Source: an uncultured bacterium (GTDB taxonomy: Bacteria > Chloroflexota > UBA5177 > JANWHV01). Taken from it: a DNA stretch of 64,000 nt. Position numbers and translations under genes: made by a program. How positions within the stretch are numbered: the stretch's first letter is position 1; each line of letters starts with the position of its first letter. The notes under the pieces were generated by a model. That model saw only the letters and a list, made by a program, of their open reading frames with translations, had not been told where the DNA came from and made no database searches. The stretch is taken from assembly GCA_963827235.1 (NCBI GenBank), contig CAWHAE010000012.1, positions 384,001 to 448,000 of the forward strand, in the 5' to 3' direction. Below are positions 52,754 through 62,526 of this stretch, piece by piece.

Positions 52754-53020
52754 CTACTGCAGCTGCGCCTCCTGCATGGTGTCTGCCGACCGCCGTCGCC
52801 GTCGCCGTCCAACGTAACCGCGCGTGGCGTACGGGGTCGCATCCCCCCAGGTGCGAATCAGGCTGGTGCTTCCACAGCGGCCGCAAGTGAGCATGGGCCC
52901 GGGCGGCAAGGTCAGTGCCTGCGCCTGAGTCACGGGCATGCTGCTCGTATCGGTGTGATAGACGAACGCCCTGCAGTTTGAGCAATTCAGGCACTCGATC
53001 TGTCGCATGTAGCTTCCCAT
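52754..53020 (-). CDS. Small Zn-ribbon protein with an Arg-rich tail
   Basis: CLNC...CGRC, RRRRRR; very strong AGGAGGAG RBS. Confidence 0.7.
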   Translation of the reverse strand: MGSYMRQIECLNCSNCRAFVYHTDTSSMPVTQAQALTLPPGPMLTCGRCGSTSLIRTWGDATPYATRGYVGRRRRRRSADTMQEAQLQ

Positions 53021-53759
53021 TACCTACTCCTCCTGTGCCGTCGCAGCCAAACCTGCCGAACATGACTGCACATCCCACGTGGTACACGCTCACCCAGTAG
53101 CGGAGCGTGAGCAGTCATCACAGAGGCACTCACAGTGTGACCCTGCACAAACACCCACAAGATCAGTCTGCCTGAACTCCACGGCGGACGCGAGAAGGCC
53201 GTGCCGCAGCGCCGCGGCTGCATCGAGAAAGCGAGGCTGGCGGCGCGCACTCATGTGCGTTTTGGGCCGCCGCCTTGACCCGGTAGTGCCATACTGCTAT
53301 GCCATATATGCAAGGCGTGATAGGTTGCGCGCGATTCGCCGACCTCCGGCAACTCCGGCGTGTTGCGTAGCCTGCCTGACTTTGAGCCGGCTCGTTGCCT
53401 AACGAGCCGCTAGCAAGGCGAACTCTGTTGCTACGTGCCGTGCCAGCCGAGCGCTCTGCCGGCCGGTGCGCCGGCGCCCAAGTGCTCTGGCGCTTCGCAG
53501 GTGACAGTCCGTGCTTCGGCCGTGGCTCGCACGGAGGAGCGGTCGAGGCTGCGCAGGCCAGGGCATGGAATGCCGCGGCCGAGACCAGTGCCCGTGGTTG
53601 CTCGCTCGCGCCACGGGGCCGGCTGCGACGTCCGCCAATCGAGCCCATGCTCGTGAGCTTGTTGACCCTACGACCTGTTGAGAGTCATCGTGGAAGAGTG
53701 GGCCAACGGACGGGCAGCTCGGGTACCGCGTCCTCGTCAATCAGCCGATCGATTGCCGC

Positions 53760-54272
53760 GTGACGCCGACCAGCCCTGAGATTGAGCGGCAGATCGCGTC
53801 ACTGCGAGCTCGACGCGCCGAGATCGCAGTGCAACGATCGTACATGGCTCGCCTGCTTCTCAATACCGCCAGGGAGAGGACTGCCATGGCACAGGAGCGC
53901 CTGGCAGCGTGGCAAGCAGCGCATGCTGAGGCTCCATCATCTGCGCGGGCGGAGCTTGCCCGGATTCCCAAGGCGGAAGCGGCCTTGCCCAACGTTCGCG
54001 TGGTGCCCGCAGGCACGGTGTCCTCGCCCGAGTCACTCACGCGGCGCGAGCGCCAGGTGTTGGCATTGCTCGTGCAAGGGTGTGCCAACTCCGGCATCGC
54101 GGTGAGCCTCGGCATCAGCAGGGCAACCGCCAAGGCCCACGTCGAGCACATTCTGGGCAAGCTCGGAGTGAGCAGTCGCACCTGTGCTGCGGTTGAGGCT
54201 GTCCGGTTGGGCCTGGACGGCATACCTTCCACTGCCGATCAGGAGGCCGCGTCACCGCGTCTCAACACGTGA
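53760..54272 (+). CDS. LuxR-type HTH regulator with an N-terminal coiled coil
   Basis: LTRRERQVL.LL.QG.AN..IA..LGIS..TAK.HV.HIL.KLGVSSR. Confidence 0.85.
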   Translation: MTPTSPEIERQIASLRARRAEIAVQRSYMARLLLNTARERTAMAQERLAAWQAAHAEAPSSARAELARIPKAEAALPNVRVVPAGTVSSPESLTRRERQVLALLVQGCANSGIAVSLGISRATAKAHVEHILGKLGVSSRTCAAVEAVRLGLDGIPSTADQEAASPRLNT

Positions 54273-54311
54273 GCATGACGCGAGGATCTTGCCGCGGTGA
54301 CGGCGTCTCAA

Positions 54312-55160
54312 TCAGGATGGCGCCGGCACCGTGCGTGGTTCTTCCCTCACGAGTAGCACGCCCGCGACGCCGCCGTGGATCGCGTGATCGGCCACGGCTC
54401 CCGTGGCCCAGCGGCACGGAAATGCGTGCCCGCTCGCTGCCATCACCACCAAGCGCTCCACGCCCGCGGCATCGACGATGGCCTGCACCAGGTCGCCCCA
54501 CACCAGGCGGCTCCGGCACGGCAGCCCGATCGCCTCGAGCCGTCGAGCAACTTCCCGCAGGTGGTATTTGGCATTGAGCCCGTCTTCACCATGGCGCACC
54601 ACGCGCAGCAACGTCACACCGGTGAGCACCCATGGTGCCAGCTGCTTGAGCATGCCCAGCACCGCGTCGGCGCCGGCAGAGCCGTCGAGCGCCACCACCA
54701 CCTCGGAAGGATTGATGGGCGCTCCGAATCTGCCCACCAGGAGCACAGGTGCAGCGCCACGCCGGACCAGCCGATCGGCCAGCGCAGTACCGGCCGGGCT
54801 GTCCGTGCCGTCGCACGCCTGATCACACATGACGACCAGGTCAATGCCCGCCTGCCGCGCGAACTCCAGCAGCGCCTGCGCCGAGCGCTCCGCGATGACT
54901 CTCGCCATGGCGTTGAGGTCCAGAGGCGGTCGCTTCAGGCGCCCTGATGCCGTGCCGGCCGACGTCTCCTGGCAGTCACACATATCGAAGTCATCGTAGT
55001 AGAGCGGCTCCTCCACGAAGAGCGGATACGGGGGCTGAATCCCGAGTACCGGCACCAGATCCAGCGTGGCGCCCGTTGCCCTGGCAAGCCGTTTGGCGCA
55101 GAGAACGGCATGGTCGGCCAGGTTCGATCCGTCAATGGGAACCAGTATTTTCGTTACCAT
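54312..55160 (-). CDS. Tandem-domain universal stress protein
   Basis: KILVPIDGS..A, VVVALDGS..A, LVVM, PVLLV. Confidence 0.85.
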   Translation of the reverse strand: MVTKILVPIDGSNLADHAVLCAKRLARATGATLDLVPVLGIQPPYPLFVEEPLYYDDFDMCDCQETSAGTASGRLKRPPLDLNAMARVIAERSAQALLEFARQAGIDLVVMCDQACDGTDSPAGTALADRLVRRGAAPVLLVGRFGAPINPSEVVVALDGSAGADAVLGMLKQLAPWVLTGVTLLRVVRHGEDGLNAKYHLREVARRLEAIGLPCRSRLVWGDLVQAIVDAAGVERLVVMAASGHAFPCRWATGAVADHAIHGGVAGVLLVREEPRTVPAPS

Positions 55161-55667
55161 TCCCTGCCACCTATCGAGTCGCCGTTCGGCGGTGCCGCCG
55201 CAAGCCCGTGCGCACGCTGGACCCCAGCGGCCCGAGCCCGCCGGCAGCGGGTGGACGGGAGCACAAGAGGCTCCTGGTCCTATTCCCCTGATCTACCGTG
55301 GGCGAGGTTCCGCAGCGCCGTGCTTGAGAGGAGGATACAACGCGATATCTGCCGCGCCGGCGCGCTCCGCGCTCGGACTCGCTCAGAGTGCCGCGGTTTC
55401 TCCTGAATGACCCTCACGCTACAGCCACGCACCATGTGATACATCGGCCAGGTGGCCTATGTGGCGCCGCAATACCGAGCGGAGATACGGCATTCGGGCT
55501 CCGTGGCCGCATCTTGCAACCCGAGCTGCGATGAGACTCCGCGAACGCCGTGAGCAGCCTGGAGCCTGCCGGACCGGCCGAGGTGAGCGCTCTGCCCGGC
55601 GCCATAACAACAACCTGGTCCGCCCGTCGGGATGGCCGCGGGCACATTGTGCACCGGCGACCGGCGG

Positions 55668-56957
55668 TCATCCGGCCTCGCCGTGTGCGCGGCGGAAGGC
55701 ACCGATCACGTTGGCGCCCAGCACGGCAAGGGCGTCGATCCGCTCGCTTGCGGTGGCAAAGTGCGGATTCGGCCGGCCGGCGTCGTCCACGTAGCCGGTC
55801 TGCCCGTGCGCCACCAGGAACTGGTGCGCGGCGACCACACAGGCGCCCTCCCAGTAGACCTCCTTCAGAGAATCGGGTATTGGCAGGCCACCGGCGCACG
55901 CCGGTTCCATGGGCATCATGTCCAGCGTGTTGTGCTCCGTGCCGGCCAGCACGATCAACCCTGCACCTCGTAGGGCTCGCGTATAACGCTCGGCCACTTC
56001 AGGAGCGTTGCGCGTCGGGATTAGCTCTGAACAATGGATGCGCAACCGGCCTAGCTCGGCGATCAGCCTGTCGATGTCGCGCTCGAATTCGGAGATCGGC
56101 TGCATGCCGTCCGCAACGACCGTGTAGCACGGAATGCCTCCCAGTGACAGCACCAGGTCGTACACGTGGTCGAAGCCGAGATAGGATTCCGGTACGAAGC
56201 CGGGCTTACCGGCCTTCAGCAGATGCGCGCGGATCTCGTGCTGGATTGCCGCCACGTCGTCCGGTGCGGCGGTGGACGGTGCGTCAAGAACGCCGCCCAG
56301 CACGTCGGGACGCCGTGACGGCGGCACGGCGACGAATAGAGCCTCCTGGACTGCCTGGGCAACGTGGCGCTCCTGCAGGTACACGGGCATGTCCTCGGCC
56401 CGGCCGTGGCGCCGCCGGACCATGTCCTGCACCGATCGCTCGTCCATGCTCACGGGAAGGCCGCGCGCGGCGAGCACGCCACTCACGCGCGCAATCATCG
56501 CCGCCATGCGGCGAGCGTCGTTGCGCCTGACCGCGGCGGCGAGACGTTCTGCCGTGCCATCCATGGGCTCGAACCGGGTCAGTCCCTTGGCGCAGAGGTA
56601 GAACTTGCCAGGATTGCCGGGATCATTGATGCGCACGCCGGCCTCGCGCAGGTCGTCGAGCATACAGATCACTTCAAGTCCGAACAGCGGGAAGATGCGC
56701 TGCCGTTGCGCAAGGCGCGCGAATGGCGCATAGACGCTCCAGTCGTAGTAGTTGCTCGTACCCAGCACGCTGACATCCTGAGCGGCCGCCCGGTCGATGG
56801 CCTCGGCAACCGTGCTGAAGGCCGAGAAATTCGGCGGCAGATGCACGTGCGAGTTCGTCGTCAGCCGTGGCGAGCCGGCGGTGCCAAGCGCCGCCCACAG
56901 GTCACTCACCGAGCCCAGATCTCGCAGCATGGCCAATGGATGACGACCCGCTGCCAT
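55668..56957 (-). CDS. PHP-like metal-dependent phosphoesterase, uncharacterised
   Basis: NSHVHLPPNFS (HxH), GLEVI, AGKPGFVP, GGIP, ELIP.RN, AGTEHNT; AGGAGG RBS. Confidence 0.7.
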   Translation of the reverse strand: MAAGRHPLAMLRDLGSVSDLWAALGTAGSPRLTTNSHVHLPPNFSAFSTVAEAIDRAAAQDVSVLGTSNYYDWSVYAPFARLAQRQRIFPLFGLEVICMLDDLREAGVRINDPGNPGKFYLCAKGLTRFEPMDGTAERLAAAVRRNDARRMAAMIARVSGVLAARGLPVSMDERSVQDMVRRRHGRAEDMPVYLQERHVAQAVQEALFVAVPPSRRPDVLGGVLDAPSTAAPDDVAAIQHEIRAHLLKAGKPGFVPESYLGFDHVYDLVLSLGGIPCYTVVADGMQPISEFERDIDRLIAELGRLRIHCSELIPTRNAPEVAERYTRALRGAGLIVLAGTEHNTLDMMPMEPACAGGLPIPDSLKEVYWEGACVVAAHQFLVAHGQTGYVDDAGRPNPHFATASERIDALAVLGANVIGAFRRAHGEAG

Positions 56958-57167
56958 CCGCGCCCCCTTCCTCCTGGAATTGTGGGACCGGCGTCTTCCG
57001 GAAGCCCGGCCATGTAGCAGCACTGCAGGAAGCAACGTCTGCAGCCGGTAGGCTTCAGTTCGATCTGCGTTTACCGGCTCACGCGCCGGAGGTGCCGCCT
57101 GCTGGCTCGGCAGACGGCCTCTCCGCTTTCCTGCTTCGGCCCGTGCTGCCAGCGCCGGCGCGAACTC

Positions 57168-58274
57168 CTACACCCAGTGTGCATCGCGCGCGGCCAGACG
57201 TGCACGGATGCCCGCGGCGCGATCGAAGATCTCCTGCCTGCTGATCGACGCAGCCTCATACATGGCGAAGATGTTGTCGTCGGGTGTCTCCGGCGAGATG
57301 GTGTGGGAGGCCGCCAGTATGTAGCCTCCGCCGCCCGCCGTCATGCCTTCCAGCAAGCGTTCCGTCGCTCTTCGAACTTCCAGCGCGCTGGCCTTGGGGA
57401 GGAGCTCCTGCGTGTCTACGCCGCCCATGAACGCGATATTGTCCCCGAACTCCTGCTTCAGCGCGAGGGGATCCATGCCCGGGCAAGTGCTCTGCACCGG
57501 GTTGAGCACGTCCATGCCAATCTCGATCAGGTCGGGAATGATGGGGCGAAGCGCGCCGCAGCAGTGGAAGGCCACTGGCAGTCCGTGGGCTTTGCCTACC
57601 TGGAAGACTCTCGCCAGCTGAGGCTTGATCGTGTCCCGCCAGGTCCGCGGGCTCATCATCATGCGCTGCTGTCCGGCCACGTCGTCTCCGGTCCAGAACC
57701 AGTCCAGGGGGAAACGGGAGCAGGCAAGCTCTCCCAGCTCGATGGCGAACTCGGCGCAACGGCGGAACATTTCCGTGGCGAGCTCCTGGTCGCCGGCCAT
57801 GTCGAGCATTGCGTCTTCCATGCCGCGGAGGCGCCAGTACATCTCGAACACGCAGGGCGAGACGTCGCAGCCGAGATACGCGTCGCCGCGCCCCTGGGCG
57901 ACCGGCTCCATCAGGGCAAGCAGGGCCTCCTGGTGGTGGCGCGGGAAGATATACTGGAGCACCGCGTCCCTAGAAGCACGCGCCAGGGGGAAGTGGGCGA
58001 TCTGGTTGAAGTCATACTGCTTCTCCCAGGTAATGCCCCACCAGTCCGTGTGCGATTCACCGTCTATCTCGTGCACGATGCCTTCCATGGCGTAGTTGTT
58101 GTTCACCCACGTCTGCTGGATATCGTTGCCCATCGCTTCGCCGACGAACGCGGCCGGTATTTCCAGCAGGTGAGCCAGCTTGTCGGCTGTTGACGGATGA
58201 AACCACATGTACACGGGAACGCGGTCCACGGGTCGTCGCGCCAGCGCGTTGACCACCCTTTCACGCGAGATCAT
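57168..58274 (-). CDS. Uroporphyrinogen decarboxylase/MtaA-family protein
   Basis: SRERV..AL.....DRVP, D.WG..W, LRGME, GDDVAGQ..MMMSP, HCCG, NPVQ, GGVDTQ, GGYI...SH.I. Confidence 0.88.
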   Translation of the reverse strand: MISRERVVNALARRPVDRVPVYMWFHPSTADKLAHLLEIPAAFVGEAMGNDIQQTWVNNNYAMEGIVHEIDGESHTDWWGITWEKQYDFNQIAHFPLARASRDAVLQYIFPRHHQEALLALMEPVAQGRGDAYLGCDVSPCVFEMYWRLRGMEDAMLDMAGDQELATEMFRRCAEFAIELGELACSRFPLDWFWTGDDVAGQQRMMMSPRTWRDTIKPQLARVFQVGKAHGLPVAFHCCGALRPIIPDLIEIGMDVLNPVQSTCPGMDPLALKQEFGDNIAFMGGVDTQELLPKASALEVRRATERLLEGMTAGGGGYILAASHTISPETPDDNIFAMYEAASISRQEIFDRAAGIRARLAARDAHWV

Positions 58275-58313
58275 CGGCGTGCCCTCCGGAGACGACTTCT
58301 GCGTCGCTCACTT

Positions 58314-59552
58314 CTACAACAGGCGATGGGCGCCGACCGCGGGCATCGTGGAGCCCGCGCCCGGCCCGAAATACCGCAGTAGCACGAGCGGCTCGTGGCC
58401 GGTGTTGGCGACGGTGAAGCCGCCGCGAGCGCGCTCGTCGCTGATAAAGAACTCGTCCCAGGTATCGGCCCCGAAGCGTATCGAGGTTGGTGCTTCCACT
58501 GAAAGCGGTCCCAGAGTGCCCCGCCCCTGAACGACGATCACGCCGCTTGCCCCGGCATCGCGCACCGTGACCGATGCGCCCGCCTGCACTCGCAGCTCTC
58601 TTGCCGAGAAGAGGTCCTGGCCCAGGATCAGCCCGTAGATGACCCAGAGGTCTTCGTAGCCCTCGGCAAGGGTATCGCCGACGGCAATCGGCTCGAGATA
58701 GTGATCCTGCTTGAACGTTGGATTGACGTTCGCCTCCCAGTCGATCAGGCTGAGCAGGAAGCCGAGGTCATGCTGCTTGTCCACGGGCACGTTCTTCACC
58801 AGCGCGCCTCTCGGATTCACGCGGCCGTCAATCATGGATTGGTACTGGGCGCCCACGTCCGAACCCCACTGTACCTCGTAGGTGCACAGCGACCCCGGCG
58901 CGTGCAGAATCCCCGGGTCGATGAGCCATGCCGTACCGGGCCGTAGGCGGTAGGCTCGCGAGAGGTCCAGGATGCCGTTGTCGCCGCGGTCCCAGCGCTC
59001 GAGGCACCGGATGACGTCGGCGGCCGTCGTCCCCGGCTCCAGCCCGAAGAACGTATAGGGAAAGAGATTCGTGGCGGAGTTCATCTGCGGCGGGAAATAG
59101 TACGCCTCGGGCTTGTGCTGCTGTCCCACCAAGCTCGCGTGCTCCTGCCTGTGGTGCAGGTGGAGGGGGATTGCTCCCAGGTTGTCGAAGAACTTGCAAA
59201 GCACCGGCCAGCCACGCCAGGCTTCCATCATGTCGCGGCCAACGATGGCGACGCCGTCTTCGGCGAGCGCATCGCGGAACAGGAATCTGTGTCCATCGGT
59301 ACCGACCACGTAGCTCAGACCCTCATTCTCAGTCGTGTCCGGCCCGTTGTCCGCCGCGGTCGTGGAGACTATCCAGCGCTCGTCGATACCGCCACGGTGC
59401 GTTCCCAGCGCATACAGATCCTGCTCGGCAAGTCGCATTCGTTTCCCGGGGATGAGTCCCCTCCGCGGCACCCAGGTGGGAGCAAGGTGCAGGATGCCAT
59501 CGCCTGCATCCATGGCGTTCGCGACACGGCGAGACATATCCTGACCCCGCAT
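58314..59552 (-). CDS. Phosphomannose-isomerase-like bicupin protein, uncharacterised
   Basis: DERW, KFFD...IPLHLH, KPEAYYF, LHAPG, YEVQ..SD parallel the type I PMI metal and substrate motifs. Confidence 0.75.
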   Translation of the reverse strand: MRGQDMSRRVANAMDAGDGILHLAPTWVPRRGLIPGKRMRLAEQDLYALGTHRGGIDERWIVSTTAADNGPDTTENEGLSYVVGTDGHRFLFRDALAEDGVAIVGRDMMEAWRGWPVLCKFFDNLGAIPLHLHHRQEHASLVGQQHKPEAYYFPPQMNSATNLFPYTFFGLEPGTTAADVIRCLERWDRGDNGILDLSRAYRLRPGTAWLIDPGILHAPGSLCTYEVQWGSDVGAQYQSMIDGRVNPRGALVKNVPVDKQHDLGFLLSLIDWEANVNPTFKQDHYLEPIAVGDTLAEGYEDLWVIYGLILGQDLFSARELRVQAGASVTVRDAGASGVIVVQGRGTLGPLSVEAPTSIRFGADTWDEFFISDERARGGFTVANTGHEPLVLLRYFGPGAGSTMPAVGAHRLL

Positions 59553-59641
59553 CCGGCTCCCCTCTCTCACTTGCGTCAGTCGGTGGCCGGCGGGAGCACT
59601 CCGCCTGCCTGCTGCCATGCTCCCGCGCGGCCCAAGCCCCT

Positions 59642-61063
59642 TTAACCGAGCGTACCGGGATAGCGTTGCTGCAGAGCCGTGGTCAGCGCCGCGAGGTTCC
59701 GGCTGCGAGCCAGTGTGGCGAAGCGGCCAACATAGGTTTCCAGGGGCGCCACGGGCACCTCGCCTGTACGGTGGAGATCTATCGCCTGTAGCATCGCCTC
59801 GGCACCCAGCTGCGGGTCCGGGCGACCCGCGGCGTTCTTGATCGAATTGATCGCCGATCCGGCGAGGAAGAGGACGCTCTCGGCCAGGCCATGCTCTTCC
59901 GCATCGGCAAGATTTGGCCCGATGTTCCCCTGGTCGAGGGCGCCTGCCCGGGCAATCATGGTCGAGCGGATCCCCGGGACAGCGCAGGTGAGGGCCTGCT
60001 CCGAGGCACGCCATTCGGCGCCGAACGGGCGGATATAGGGCGCTCCCGGCCGCACCGGTGCCGTCTGACGGAAGTCGATGCCGTCAAGGCGCGCCAGGAA
60101 GTCGATCACCTCTCGCCACATTCCCCTCGTCTTGACGCAAATGCCGGCGTTGTGCCCGTAGATTGCCGGCGGGCGCTGCATGTGCCGCGTGGCGTCGCGC
60201 ACCATGCGGACCGTGCCGCCCGCGAACGATTCGCTGAACATCACGCCCGTGGCCCCGGCGGCGCACACCGCCTGTACGGTTTCCAGGATCTCATTGGGCG
60301 CTCCCGTGATATGCGGAGCGAAGATCAGCCCGTGGCCGCCCCGAGCCTGGCGTGACGTCTCGATAGCCGCCACGGCGCGCCGCGTGCGCTCTGCCACGGG
60401 AGAGTAGGGCAGATCGGGATAGAGGTTCTCATCCTCCTTCACGAAGATGAACAGCGGGCAAGCGGCAACGTCTGCCATCAGGTCGCCGACGTCGTCCGGC
60501 GTGATCCCCGCGGTGGGCTTGAGAATGGTGCCGAAGGCAGGACGGTCGGCGGGTACGTCGACCAGCCCGCGAATGCCCCTGGGGCCGTAGGCCGGACCCG
60601 GGAAGGTCTTGAGAACGCTCTCGGGGATTTGCAGTGCCACCAGCCGCGCGTCCATGTGCTCGTAGAAGTCGAAGATGACCGCGTTGCACACGGTATGCAG
60701 CAGATCGACGGACGTGAGATGCCCATCGGGATGCAGCAGCATCTTCAGCGGGAAGGCCATGTGCAGCAGACCGACCCGACCGCTGGCATCGAACTCGTCG
60801 ACGCCGACCCCGCGCCCCGTGCAGGCTTCCAGCAGCGAGCCGGGCGGAACCTGCTTCGTGCCGCTGGTTGCGTGGTAGCTGATCTCGGCAATCGCCTCGG
60901 TCAGCCGGATGCTGCGCAGGGCAAAGAAGTATGTCGCGACGATGGCGTCGTCCAGCTTGGGCGGCGGCAGCTTCTCTAAACTGGCGGCTACCAACTCGCG
61001 CAACCGGGCCTCGCCGGCGTCGGCGTCGTGCAGTATCGCATCGAGCGGGCTTACTGGTGTCAT
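59642..61063 (-). CDS. Divergent RuBisCO-like protein (form IV, RLP)
   Basis: FPGP.YG..GIR, GTILKP, VKEDEN, IYGHNAG, RL.GID; several carboxylase residues appear substituted. Confidence 0.88.
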   Translation of the reverse strand: MTPVSPLDAILHDADAGEARLRELVAASLEKLPPPKLDDAIVATYFFALRSIRLTEAIAEISYHATSGTKQVPPGSLLEACTGRGVGVDEFDASGRVGLLHMAFPLKMLLHPDGHLTSVDLLHTVCNAVIFDFYEHMDARLVALQIPESVLKTFPGPAYGPRGIRGLVDVPADRPAFGTILKPTAGITPDDVGDLMADVAACPLFIFVKEDENLYPDLPYSPVAERTRRAVAAIETSRQARGGHGLIFAPHITGAPNEILETVQAVCAAGATGVMFSESFAGGTVRMVRDATRHMQRPPAIYGHNAGICVKTRGMWREVIDFLARLDGIDFRQTAPVRPGAPYIRPFGAEWRASEQALTCAVPGIRSTMIARAGALDQGNIGPNLADAEEHGLAESVLFLAGSAINSIKNAAGRPDPQLGAEAMLQAIDLHRTGEVPVAPLETYVGRFATLARSRNLAALTTALQQRYPGTLG

Positions 61064-61355
61064 GTCTTCCCCCGTCGCCTGTTCTTGGTCTTGCTGTATC
61101 AGGATATCGCAGAGGCCAGCCCGTTCGCGGGGTTCGGCTCGCGACCGTGAGGGCGTCGCCGATGCGGCGCCATCGCGCTGGCGTTCCTGCCAATTGTAGC
61201 GCTGCCTGTCCCGCCATGGCCGCCGCCGGTGGTACCGAGATGCTCGAGGCGACGGCCGGCGGTGACTGCCGTGATACGCTGCAAGTCGCCGCCGCGACGC
61301 CCGGTTTCCGATCGCCGCGATCTCGGGTACAGTTCATTCCAATTGGAGGCTCAGC

Positions 61356-62255
61356 ATGCTGAACGTTCGCTACCTGATCGCTAATCCCGTGGCAGGCAGT
61401 GGTCGGGTGGCGCGCCTCCTGCGGCCCGTGCTGGCCCGCCTGCGAGAGCGTGGCTGCGAGCCACGGACCTGGCTGACCGAGAGCGCCGGCGACGCGCGGC
61501 GGTACGCGGAACGGATCCCGTCAGGCGCGGACGCCGGCGTGTTCGGTGGCGACGGGACGCTCAATGAGGTCGTCAACGGCTTGCGGGGACGGGACTGTCG
61601 CCTGCTCCTGCTGCCCGGAGGAAGCGGAAACGATCTTGCTCGCGGCCTTGGTATTCCTATGCACCCTCTCGAGATGCTGGCCTTCGCGGAGTGGAAAGAG
61701 CGCAGCATCGATCTCGGTGAGATCGGGGACCGCCTCTTCGCCAATAACGCCGGCGTCGGTCTCGATGGGGAAGTGTGCCGGCTGATCGAGAACTGCGACT
61801 GGGCCTTCCAGGGCAAGCTCGGCTACGTGCGGGCGACCATTACCTGCGCGCTGAATCTCCGGTCCACACTGATACGCGTCGTGTGCGACGGCACGGTCCG
61901 TGAGTACGATGCCCTGATGTTCACGTTTGCCAATGGCGAGTTCTACGGACGCGGTATGCGCATAGCGCCGCACGCGAGGCCGGACGATGGCGAGCTGGAC
62001 GCCTGCGCGGTGCTACGCGTCGGGCGGCTCCCACTCCTCACCGCGTTTCCGCGCGTCTACACGGGAAGTCACGTCCACCATCCCGCCTTCCGGCTCTGGA
62101 GAGCCCGCGCGCTGGCGCTGTCCGGTCCGCGCCCGCTCAGCGTGCACGCGGACGGCGAAGTCGTGGGCAGGCTCAGCACGGACCCGTCCCGGCCGACCAG
62201 CGTGCGCATTGCGGCAACCCGGCAGCGCTTCCTCGTTCCGCGACCCCGTATCTGA
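61356..62255 (+). CDS. Diacylglycerol kinase family lipid kinase (YegS/BmrU-like)
   Basis: NPVAG, GGDGTLNEVVNG, PGGSGNDLAR, G.GLD, ANG..YG.GM, DDG.LD, HADGE. Confidence 0.92.
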   Translation: MLNVRYLIANPVAGSGRVARLLRPVLARLRERGCEPRTWLTESAGDARRYAERIPSGADAGVFGGDGTLNEVVNGLRGRDCRLLLLPGGSGNDLARGLGIPMHPLEMLAFAEWKERSIDLGEIGDRLFANNAGVGLDGEVCRLIENCDWAFQGKLGYVRATITCALNLRSTLIRVVCDGTVREYDALMFTFANGEFYGRGMRIAPHARPDDGELDACAVLRVGRLPLLTAFPRVYTGSHVHHPAFRLWRARALALSGPRPLSVHADGEVVGRLSTDPSRPTSVRIAATRQRFLVPRPRI

Positions 62256-62264
62256 TCTGTCGTC

Positions 62265-62459
62265 TCAGCCTTCGGCGTCGCCGGACGGCTTGCCCGTGTT
62301 GCCCTCCTGAGCCTCGCGCGCGCGATCCGCCGCCGCGCGCTCGGCTGCCTCTCGCTGCCGCCGGCGCCGGATGCGCAGCAACGCCACGGCACCGAGGCCG
62401 ATTGCCAGCGCTTCGTTGAGACCGATAGGAGACTTTCGCCCGGTATCCTCGCCGCTCAT
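62265..62459 (-). CDS. Small single-TM hypothetical protein
   Basis: Hydrophobic ALAIGLGAVALL followed by RIRRRR; GGGAG/AAGG RBS. Confidence 0.5.
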   Translation of the reverse strand: MSGEDTGRKSPIGLNEALAIGLGAVALLRIRRRRQREAAERAAADRAREAQEGNTGKPSGDAEG

Positions 62460-62526
62460 GACCTTACTCCCTGCGATGTGCTGTCGGTAGGTAGGTGCAT
62501 GAGGCTATAGTACCGCGGCGCAGACT

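Noticed and set aside
55414-55671. Fifth gene of the RLP cluster starting at the ATGA overlap (MTAGRRCTMC...)
   Set aside because: The translation has no recognisable motif and low plausibility.
57168-58274. hemE (haem biosynthesis)
   Set aside because: It lacks the MRQAGR signature, has the HCCG Zn motif, and has no hem genes nearby.
59642-61063. True CO2-fixing RuBisCO / Calvin cycle
   Set aside because: Key carboxylase residues appear substituted, and there is no rbcS or prk nearby.
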